This document shows, piece after piece, positions 1 through 10,900 of a stretch of 64,000 nt of DNA. The notes beneath the pieces were generated by a model. It was not told where the DNA came from and ran no database searches. It was given only the letters and a program-made list of their open reading frames with translations. The DNA lies in assembly GCA_965113315.1 (NCBI GenBank), contig OZ220365.1; one strand, written 5' to 3'. The number at the start of each line of letters is the position of its first letter. Position 1 is the first letter of the stretch. This stretch comes from Podarcis vaucheri. Its lineage: Eukaryota. The translations under genes were made by a program, and so were the position numbers.

Positions 1-218
1 CTGCGTTCTTTGTCTACCCACCTAGGCCCTAATATAACTTTGTTCCCCAGCCCAAGAATATTCTGCTTCCTGGAAGCTGCTCACTGTCTAGGAGTTAGAA
101 GCTGCTAAAAGTAATGTGTTTTAAATGTATAAAGAGTGTGTTCTCAGGGCCTGTTAATAGTTAAGGCATAACTATGTTAAGTGATCCTGAGTGTACATTC
201 TTGCTTAATAATGTAAGG

Positions 219-626
219 CAGAGGTTTTCTAACTTTTTGAGTCTGTGGCTCCCTTGACCAACTACATTCTTTTTGTGGCAACCCTGTGGGGCTCAGGAGC
301 CCAGTTATATCACCCCTTGCCTGAAGAGCTGGCAGCCTCACCCTTTATCAAACACTCTCCTTTGTGGAGTGTTCCCCCAGCCACCTCTCCTCTCCCCTTG
401 GGAGTCCTCCAGACAGCTGCTGCTGCTGCCCCTGGTCTCTGAGCTGCCCCCAATGCCCCAAAGAGAGGTGCCTCCTTACACTGCCCCACAGGGACCTGGG
501 AAGCACCACCTACTCAGCCCATTCAGAGGCGCCATTCACCTGGGGAGCTTGTAGCCTGAGCTGCTGCAACCAACAGTTGTGTAAACCTTTGGGAGGCAAG
601 AGGGCATCAGAGGAGGGAGGGAAGGA

Positions 627-670
<44 letters not shown>

Positions 671-757
671 GGGACAGAGGCCAGTGTTGCCCACAGCACC
701 CCTGACCATCATTAAAGGCACCCCAGGGTGCCATGGCACACTGGATGAAAACCACTA
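219..757. mobile_element. Non-autonomous hAT (Charlie-like) DNA element
   Basis: Termini CAGAGGTTTTCTAAC...GGATGAAAACCACTA (imperfect TIR). 8-bp TSD atgtaagg (211-218) / acgtaagg (758-765). Contains (GAAA)n. Confidence 0.75.
625..670. repeat. (GAAA)n microsatellite
   Basis: About 11 perfect units. Confidence 0.95.
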
Positions 758-861
758 ACGTAAGGGATGCCTCATGCTGGAAATCTGATTAAAGTTCATA
801 GAGTTCAACTCTCTTTGCAGAAATCCCAGTAACCAGCAGGTGCTAGCTAGAAGCTCTACCA

Positions 862-997
862 AAGGGTTTCCCAAAGTTCGGTCTCCAGCTGTTTTTGGAC
901 CACAATTCCTATCATCCCCAACCACTGGTCCTGCTAGCTAGGAATGATGGGAGTTGTAGTCCAAAAACAGCTGGAGACCCAATTTTGGGACACCCTG
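862..997. mobile_element. Palindromic ~136-bp hAT MITE (family A)
   Basis: Self-complementary arms. TSD ctctacca / gtctacca. Confidence 0.8.
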
Positions 998-1585
998 GTC
1001 TACCAGAAATTGGCCAATGGTCCACCAGAGGACTACATTGTACCTGACACACATCCTTCATGTAACCAATACTAAGAGTTCATCCTGAAATGGAACATAG
1101 TATTGTTGTTATTATATGGCAGATGCACTGTCATATAATAACATATTGGTTTTCTACAAAGCTACTTACTGCTTTTCCTTGCAATTGTTGGTGCTGGATC
1201 AATTTCACATTTTGGCATAGTTAGCTTAAAAAATGAATTGGAATATTTCACCTCATCATTCTCCTTCCTATGCCCCAACCCCCCTTGGAGTTTTCCATTC
1301 CCCCCCCCTTTTTTTAATAGCCTGAGCCAAAACCATGGGTCATACACTAGAAATAAAACATAATGATAAACACAGCAATTGTAATGAATGGAAACCCAGT
1401 AGATGGCTAACAATCAACTTTTTCTGAGAGCTACTGTTTTTCTAATCTGTTTTTCCCATGGAGAGGAGGTGGTAAGAGCAGTTCTGGCAAGAGCTAACTT
1501 GTTTGCCTTGAGGTATTAATGTCAAATGACAAGAACATGCTGTATACTATATCTGTTAAATAGATTAATTTAAACAGAATATAGG

Positions 1586-1628
<43 letters not shown>
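1586..1628. repeat. (ATT)n microsatellite
   Basis: About 14 units. Confidence 0.95.
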
Positions 1629-1629
<1 letters not shown>

Positions 1630-3534
1630 TGCAATTCTGGGAGAAAAACTTCTGACAGAAAGTATACTATTAACTGTAATTTGCATAACCATTCTTTGAA
1701 AAATTGTCAAATGACCTATGTCTGAAAATAATATTCCATCATTGTCTTAAAGATGTTACAAATATTGGATATCAGGGCCTCAGAATAACTGATCAAAGCA
1801 GAGGAACTAATTTACCATTTAAAGTACTCCATGTCATTTAAAGCAAGTCAGCAGAACAAGCACTCAAACATTTTATACTTGCTTTGTGAACAACCGCATT
1901 ATGTTTTGAATTTAAATTAATGTACAGTATAGTTTTTGTAGATAAACGTTGATGTATTTTGGGCCAGTTTATTCCAGGAGATGATGTAGCCTACCTTTTG
2001 CAAATGCATTTAGCCTTCTGAAGTTACAAAACTCAGTTTAACAAAATTATAAGAGTCCAGTGCATCTCTCTGTAAATATTGGATAATTTTTCCTTTCCCC
2101 CCATAAAACTGAAGGAAGGAAACTGAAGGAAGGAAGGAAATGCTGAAGGAAATAGCACCCTTCTTTTCAAACTCTGAGAACTGCAACGCTCAAAGACTTA
2201 CTCTTTTGCAAAAGAGCTCATCATATTTTATGGTTTAGTTACAGATTTTTTTGCAGCATGCCTTTTTAATTGTAGAGAGTTATCAATCTCTAGATATTCT
2301 CTATTCTTCTGATATTCTAACAGTTAATTAAAAATGTTCTAGAGATTGTGGACCTCCTACAGACTGAATTGGTACCAGCACAAGTGACATTTCTTTACAA
2401 TGAAGTTTTTAGCATAACATAGGAACGTTACGTACATGTTTTGAGTCACAAAGGGCTTGCACCACACAAAGAGACTCTGTGTCTGCTGAGGAGATTTAGT
2501 GCTGTCTCATGCATTATTTAAATTTTGCGTACTTAGTTTTTTGGATTCTGACATTTTCAAGAGACTTTTGCCAATTGTCAAACAATCACGTCACTTGTCC
2601 TTTCTGTGGGAATGCCATATTTCTAGGAAAAAACAAATCGGCCTAGAGGAAGTGATCCATTCTGCAATAAAAGTGTGACTGGCTTCTTACAAATGCCTCT
2701 AGAATAGAAAGGCACGTTGCATAACTGCTGGAATTTTATGTGGTAAGGAAATGGAGGCATTTCCATGTAACCTAAATGATCCCAGCCAGCAGAATGATAA
2801 TGAAGAAATTGAGGTTTCTGGGCCAGACTTCTCTTCTGTCTTAATTCCACAAATTATATATTATAGGCAGCCTCTACTCACCATGAAAGGTACACATTGT
2901 TTCCAGAGGATGCAGAACATCCTCCCTGGCACCTTTCCAGCAAGCAGTTTGCTTGGACCAGAAGGCATAGTGCCTCCGATCCATTTGCCAGTGCTAGGAA
3001 TCAATGTTGTATTGCTCCTTCCTTTTCCCCATAGCTTCTTGTGGATACTCCGCATCCCTTTCTATTTTAACTTCCTTGTTCCTAGATTGAGGGCATCAGC
3101 CAGAGGCACCAGGTATACAGTTCCTCCTTGTCTTGTTACAGTCCTGCATAGGAGATAACGTTGATCATTGCATTTGTGGTTGAAGCAGGTTCACCAAGAC
3201 AAAGCATTGCATTTGCCAAACTGAAATTAATGGACTTAAGTTAGTCATTTCCATTGGTTTCCCTGGTTAGCCAGTTACAGGCTGCAGTGCCAGGGAAGCT
3301 AATATATAAAAACGGATTTGCAGTAAATTAATTTGCCCAATTCATTCCAATCACCCCATTTTGTGATGTTACCAGAAATGATGTTCATATGGAGATTAAC
3401 AGTCCAATTCTTAGGCATGTCTACTCAGACATACCGTAAATCCCACTATATTTAATGTGGCTTACCCTCAGGGATTGTGCCTTGAACAAAAGGGAAGTGT
3501 GAGCCAGGTGGGACTGGAAGGGATACTGGCTGCA

Positions 3535-3685
3535 TATTACAAACCATACATTTAAAACACATTAAAAGCACTCACATCCTGGGAACTGTGGTTTGGTAAG
3601 GGTGCTGAGAATTGCAGCTCTGTGAGGGGTAAACTACTGATCCAAGGATTCTTTGGGTGGGTGTACTTTAAATGTATGGAATGTA
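3535..3685. mobile_element. Decayed MITE, related copy at 19872-20010
   Basis: Shared blocks ctgggaactgt, gctctgtgagggg, aggattctttggg, ctttaaa(t/c)gtat between the two loci. Confidence 0.55.
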
Positions 3686-6113
3686 CATAGTAAGAGAACG
3701 ATCTCTGGGAGAAGAGGCACGGAGTTGTGCAGGGAGAACAGAGGAAGCCCTGTTAGAAGATTCACTTGTAACTTTTTGTGGTTTCTGAGGCTTGTATGGA
3801 TACAGATACTGCCCATCTAGTGATAGGAAGATGGGAACCTAGAATAGGGAAACTACTTAAAGTTATTGTTTGTGGCTGGGTAAGGTGGAAACTGTGGATA
3901 TGGAATTTTGGAAACATTTGCATCTAGCTGCAGCCAGGCCTTTATGAAGTGCTTCAAATATTTTCCATATTTTAATGTACCCATGCTGTGACACAGATGA
4001 AATGTTAATGATTTCTAGTGCATGAATGATGGAGACTTTGACTGCTCCTGGAGTGATTTGACACATTGACTCAATGCTAATAGTAGGTCTTAGCCTTTTT
4101 GCCTGCATCACAATGGAATAGCTTGTCATGTTGATAATGCTTGTAAATTTGATCACTTATCTATTTTTCAAAAGTATATGCTAGTGTTTCAGTCAAGATA
4201 GACCTCTCCCCATGGCAATTTTGCCTTAATGGACCTCCAGAGAAGACTGGGGGTGGGGGTGGTGAGGAAGGAGGTAATTGTACTAGTGAATTCTATTCTG
4301 CAGTGAACTGACACCATTGTGTCTTAGCCTGAAAATCAACAACATAATGGGAGAAAACCAGTCAGTTGGATCAAAAGTCCCCTGAAACAGAAAGGTTTTT
4401 GTGATCTTCATAAAACAAAACAAAAACAATGAAAGAGTGAGCTTGATAAAACATTGTAAGTTGTGCATTCAAAACAATGAGTTGTGCAACTTAAACAGCC
4501 CTGCTCCCCAAATTTAGCAACTTCACCTCTGAAGGTTGTGGCAGTAAGAGCAGACCTTCATTTGATGATCTTCACATATGGGAATCTAACTGGGATCCAC
4601 TGGAACTGCTTCAGAATCAATGTAATATGCTCTCATTGGTTGATGCCTGCCTATAACTGAACTGTCTCATTCTGGAGCAAATTCTGATATGTCTTTGCCT
4701 CAGTTTCACAGTGTATCTCAGATTTCCTTGGGACACTAATGGCAAGGATGGAAACATCTGGCATGTTTCTAAGGAATAAGAACCCTTCAGAAGAAAAGAA
4801 TACTGGTGAATACATTAGTGTGTGCTGACCACAAGACTTGGTTCGGACCTCAAGTTGAGGTTTCATAAAGCTGCTAGATTCAGTTTAGCTGATGATCTGC
4901 AACTGAATCCCAGTTTGGAAAATTGAAACTTCATGCTGCTACCATTCACTCCTATGGGGAATTGAAAGAAAGGCTACAGGCTTTTTTTTTTCATTTTGAC
5001 AGAATTGGGTGAAATTTACAGGCATAGTAGACCCTCCTGATTGGAGAAAGTCAGCTAAAGTAGAGACAAATAGGTTCAGGGAATTTTATGCTGGACCTAT
5101 GCTTTTGTTTAAAGAACATTTTTAAAAACCTTTTTAATTTTTTGGTAGAATTGAATAAAATTTGCAGGCACCGTGGCCTCTTTTGAAGTTCTGAATTCTG
5201 TCACATTTCAGAATGATGGCTTCTGTGGTTTTACTGCAAGGATCAACCATTACAATTTTGAGATAGTTAAAAAAGGATTCATTTACCCTCCCCATTCTTG
5301 TTTTACGGGCATTTTGTATGTGTAAATAACCCACACCACAGCAGTACCCCTTGGTCAGAAACTTGCCAAGTTACAAAGAAATAGATCCAGGGTTTTGTAT
5401 TATTTTTTTTTGATAGGTACCTTTGAAGTTGTTCTTTTTCTGGTAGAAGATTAAAAGAGATTTACTTCCCTTCCTGTGATTTTATGGGTAGCAATGTTAA
5501 TATGAAAATGATGTACTTCAGGGTGGGGAATATGTGACCTGCCTTATGTTGTTGGACTCCACTTTCCATCAGTCCTAGCCAATATGCACCACAGAAGTGC
5601 CCCTAGGAAAGTAACCTGCAAAATGTCAGAAGCATAGGTGAAGCGGCTAGGGAGTTATGATGAATGGGGGAATAAAAGATGGGCCAGGCTCTGGGGCCCA
5701 GAGACCCCCAGTGGTAGGCAGGGTGGGGATCCCTGAGTGGAAGCGCCTGGGACTATGCCTCCTGACCCTCCCCACACTATGTCCCTGCCTCCAGGAGCAA
5801 ATTTGGGACTGTGTTCAGGGGAGGAGATGGGGGGAGTCCTGTTGCACAATGCCACAGGTTTTATTTAGCTGGAATTTAGGGGGATATTTATTTCCATGTA
5901 AAATGTGTTTAGCATCAGGCTGCTATTCAATGTTTTTCCTAAATGTATCATTTGACTTGCAAAGCAAGTCAACTTTCTTAGGAAAGGTGTCTGGTCAGCA
6001 GTTCCCAGTTATCTGAGGCCAGCATTTTCCACTTAGCCCTTGTGGCTTGCTTGGAAACTCACAGTAATAGTTCAAAACATGATATTTTTAAAACCACAGA
6101 ACATCTTAGGACT

Positions 6114-6117
<4 letters not shown>

Positions 6118-6162
<45 letters not shown>
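6118..6162. repeat. (AAT)n microsatellite
   Basis: 15 units; source of the poly-N in ORF 6040..6321. Confidence 0.95.
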
Positions 6163-6163
<1 letters not shown>

Positions 6164-7149
6164 TTTTAATTGACATATATTATACTTCATTGGAAATAAA
6201 TCACTTTCTTCTTCTATCTAATGGTACATATCCTAGTTCAGTTGACAACTGTTTCAAACATACAATTATTTTTGCAGTATGTCCAGTGTACAGATGTAGT
6301 CATCCAGATTTCCATAGTTAATTGTTGAAATATTATTATAACTGCAGATAGTTTAATCCTGAAGGCACACTATGGCAGAGGCTTGAAGTAAAGTAGCCAA
6401 TGTAAAGTGGCCTATGTATTCATATTACATTAAAATATGGAAAGAAAAGCCATTTATTTTGAGACATCTGTACATTATATCAACACAATTTTTCCATATT
6501 TTTCCATTTGGATTGAAGTCATTTTTTGAATGTATGAAAAAGCCATATTTCGAGAGCTGAAGCTTTACAGAAGAAAGTAAAAAAAAATAATACAAAAAAA
6601 TTTGTGTGTTTCTTTTGAAATCCAGCACCTTTCACTCTTCCAGGAAGGTTGTTCTCCTGGGGTTGTAGTCAGGCAAAGCTGGAAAAGCACTAACTAGGCT
6701 TTGTGAAGGAGTTGGGAGGACTCTAGGACCCTGTCAGAGCCTCACTCCTCTTTCCCAAAGCCCCAGCACCTTGCTTACTGGGTTTTGAGAAGATGTCCCC
6801 AATGTCCCCTCAACTCAGTGCCCAGTGAGTGCACATCACTCACACACAGCCCTAAATCTGCCCTTGTTGGAAGTGAAGCATAGGAAATGGCTAATGGTAA
6901 TAAGTAGCTATCCCCATAACTGACAGCAGGTTCGCACAGTCAGGTTAAGTAAAAATTAAAATAAAATGGATTGAATCCAATTCTGGCCTTACATCAGTGG
7001 ATTGGATTTCTGTTAGTGTAACAGGACTTCCGCATATGCTCCTCCCCACTGCAGACCACCTGGAGCAGATTTTGAGGATGTATTGGGATCTGCAGGGGAG
7101 ACGTCCACTCACAAAACATATACACAACTTTTCATAGACATCTGAAGTC

Positions 7150-7275
7150 AGCCTTGTATCAGGAAGTTTTTAATGTTTGACGTCTTACTTTGTTTTTGCA
7201 TGTGCTGGAGGCCTCCCAGAGCAGCTGGGAAACCCCAGCCATGTTGGCGGGGTATAAATAATAGAATTGTTGTTT
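7150..7275 (+). mobile_element. 3' tail fragment of an L2-like retroelement
   Basis: ...cccagagcagctgggaaaccccagcc...ggcggggtataaataata end motif; family recognised from memory. Confidence 0.5.
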
Positions 7276-7726
7276 ATTTGATACCACCCAATGTGAACTG
7301 AACTATCTGCTATTTTTGAAAATGGCAATGGAGTTTCAAAGTCTATGATCTTCATAATAGAGATGTGCCAAATTATTTGTAATTCAGACAGTTTGTATGT
7401 TTTATTTCAGAACAATAATTTATTGCAGTATCTGTGAGAGTCACTAGATTTACACCCCCATTCTGAAGCAAAACTGCTTTGAGATCAGGAAAGTAGTTAA
7501 AATGGAATTGGGCCCAATGTATAGCTAAATTACATTATGTATATTCATTTAGTGTGTGCAAAAGTTTTCTCTTGACTTCAGGCACCTGGAATTCGACTTC
7601 TAAATGAATGAATTTAATATGCATCAGTTTTGCTGTGTTTTATTTCATGGCCTTTAATGTTCTTGGTTTATTGCAGCATTTATTTACTGCATTTTAATCT
7701 ATATTTCTTGAATTTCTCCCTTGCAG

Positions 7727-7996
7727 AGCGTGGCTCCCCTCGTGACTTGGTTACCAGAGACATAACTGATACTACTATTGGAGTGTCGTGGACAGCAGCT
7801 CCAGGATCAGTTAATCAGTACAGAATTATATGGAAATCACTTTATGATGATCAGTCTGGAGAGAAAACCGTTCCTGGAAATGTAATAAACACTGTACTGG
7901 AAAACCTTCAGCCTGAAACCAGATATAAAATTTCAGTCTTGGCTTCTTACAGAAGTGGAGAAGGAGCTCCTTTAGAGGGAGAAGCTACAACTGAAG
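7727..7996 (+). CDS. COL12A1: COL12A1 exon w1 (270 nt, FN3-6)
   Basis: ttgcag|AG CGT GGC...ACT GAA G|gtagat; [16 protein letters not shown]...EGEATTE; phase 1-1. Confidence 0.95.
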
Positions 7997-10900
7997 GTAG
8001 ATAGAATATAGAAACACTGGTAACAAAGATTCAAAACTTCTCATTTTATTATAATTTATAATTTAACATTAATGGGAAATATCTAGTGTAGTGCCAGAAG
8101 ACACACAAGGAGATGTCCTCCTTGTACTCTGCATCTCCCAATCTGTGATGTTTGGTTCCCCCAAACCCACAGAGCAGATTTTGGGGAAAGCATGGGGAAG
8201 AGAAATAGAGCATGTACATTGTACAGGTAAGCTTGCAATAGTGATGTTACTCAACGCACCTAATATTGGTAGGGACCATACTAGGATTAAAAAAGGCAGG
8301 ACCTGCTGGAATTGCGCCCTGTCTATTTAGTTCTTAAATTCCTAATTATTAGTTATACTATAATTCTGAATCCTGGAGAATTTGCACCCAAGTTTGGAAT
8401 ATGAAGCAATCCATGTTGCCTAGTTGAGTTCCAATTCAAGGATTCAACGAAAAGGACATTAGCATCTCAGAAGTGTTTCCATAGATTTTTGTCTTAAAAC
8501 TTGAACTGAGGTTTGGTTGTGGGTGTAGTTCAATGAGATTAGCAGATGGAGTGTAGGTAGGCTACCCCCTTCTTTTATCAGACAGTCCTTGCATTCATGA
8601 CAGCAAAGAATTGTTTCTTTTGCTTGCTTCCATTCATCCCATGCCAGAAGCTATGGGTTGGAAAGTTCAAGTTTATGCCAACTTTGCTGCTGCACCATCA
8701 AACATTAAAGTCATGCAGGAGGAGTTGACTTGCCCAGCAGTGAACAGAGCCACCTGCTATGGCTTCTTTTATTGTGCTGAATGAACCAACAGGAAATGGG
8801 AAACAGTGTTTAGTGTGGCATAAAAGCAGAAATTCCAAAGTTGCAGGGAAACAGTATACCCTGTGTGAACCTGGAACTGTTTGTTCAAAGCACTGAAAGC
8901 CATTGTTGCAACATTTTAATAATATATGGGTGAAGATTCTGTGGTTGTGAGAAGCCAAGAAGGCCTGGTCTTTCCAGAGCCAAATGCAAATATGGAGGAG
9001 CAGTTTGATTTTCTAAATACTGAGAGCACATTTCCCAAATTTGAGAAATTTTTGCTCTTAAAGGGATATTTACGAACTTTCACATGGGGAGATAGTATAG
9101 AAGCATGGCATAGAATCATAGCATTGTAGAGTTGGAAGGGACAACAAGGGTCATTTAATCCAATCCCCTGCAACGCAGGAATCTTTTGTCCAATGTAGGG
9201 CTTGAACCCACAACCCTAAGGTTAAGAGTCTCATGCTCTACCGACTGAGCTACTGAGGCAGTATAAACCAGTGCTAATCTGGAAGGAAGTTTGCAGTTTT
9301 CCAAAAGTTCAGAATCCCAAACTTTGTGGGAGAGAAGCTGGACGTGTGCATACTTGCAATATTACAGAGGGTTGTAGCTGCAGTTTATATGTCAACAAGT
9401 TAAGTTTCACAAAAAAACAAAAACAACCCACCCCAATATGTTTGCTTTCATTTTATTTTACACTGAAAAGTGTCTCCTAGCTCTAGGACCGTGAGAGTGG
9501 ATGAAGAGAAAGAGACCACCATGAGAGTTACCTGGCAGCCTGCACCTGGGAAAGTTGTCAGCTACCGTGTAGTTTACCGGCCCCGTAGAGGAGGAAGACA
9601 GATGGTTGCAAAAGTGCCGCCTTCCTCCACCACCACCATCCTGAAACGGCTCCAGCCACTGACTACTTACGACATCTCTGTCATTCCAATGTATAGAACT
9701 GGTGAAGGAAAACACAGACAAGGCGAAGGAACAACAGGTACATTGATTTCTACGCTACATGGATGTAGAGAGGGGTATGTGTGTGGAAATTCATTCCTGC
9801 AAACATGTACAGGGTGAGTCTTTTAAAATGCCCCTTGCAACATGTGTACTCTGTATCCATGGAGCCTCTTTTAAAGGACTCACCCTGTAAGAGCTTTAGC
9901 AAGGCTGCCAAAGACTGTAAATGTTAGTTTAAGATGTCATATTTTGTCATCTATGTGTGTGTTTACAATATTATTCTAGCTATTTTTACACATGCTCCCT
10001 ATCTGCTCCCAAGGTGACATGGGAGGGCCAAGCTCGTCAGATGTGGTATAAGCCGCTTGTCTCCTGCAAACCACACAAGGATTCTGCTGATCTCTGTGTT
10101 AATTCTTGGTTAAGCCCAGTGACAGAAAGGGAGATTAGCAAAGTGGCACAAAGAGCAAACAGGGAATTTATATGGGATTCTTTTGGCACACATTTTCAAG
10201 CAGCTTTATACCTCTTGTTAAAGTACTGCTTCCTGCATGCCTTGTTTAGCAGTATGGGAAGCTGCTTGACTGCGGGGCAATTAGACATTACCTACTTGCA
10301 TTTCTAACTGTTTTGTATGGAGTTTTAGTGGTGCTCAAAGCTTTCAATCTGAGCCAGAATTATTCGGTAAAACTTAATTTTAGGAACATTTTCAATTCCA
10401 GGGCTCCACAATGGAATATGTATAAATTATGAATAAAGGACAGATAACTTGAGCAGATTCTCCTGGTAACCAGCCCTTAACACACACCTGTAGAAAGTAT
10501 TTTATAGAGCAACTTCCACAGGGTCTTGAATCCTCACACCTCTGATCTTAGAAATTAAGCGGTGTTTATGTTAAACTTCTATTGAGGCTGCTTAAGCCAA
10601 AGTAGAATAAATATTTTTAAATGGCTTTCCACTAGAGTGCTAGGTTTGATGCTCTTCTTTCAGAGGCTCTGATTATGAATAATCATAGGAGCTATTAATA
10701 GAGCAGCCTTTTGCAGTAACAGTGGTTTGAAAGGATGTTATAATTATGTCTTGCTATCAGTGATCCAGGAAGTGGGCTCACATTATCTTCTCCCCTAAAA
10801 TTCTGAGTTTAGCGAGTTTAAAAAGCAAGAAGGTGTCTGTTTCATCCCCTACTAGAATCCTTGGCTTTTGCTCTTTGAGATTAGATTGCTGTCCTTTTAG

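Noticed and set aside
1-7726. A nested gene or missing COL12A1 exon in the first 7.7 kb
   Set aside because: No FN3-like or otherwise recognisable peptide in any listed ORF; consistent with one long intron. A short or non-coding exon cannot be excluded by eye.
9180-9253. Functional tRNA-Lys gene (also 35394 and 42739)
   Set aside because: Acceptor and T stems are mutated, and each copy runs into a CR1-type tail; these are SINE heads.
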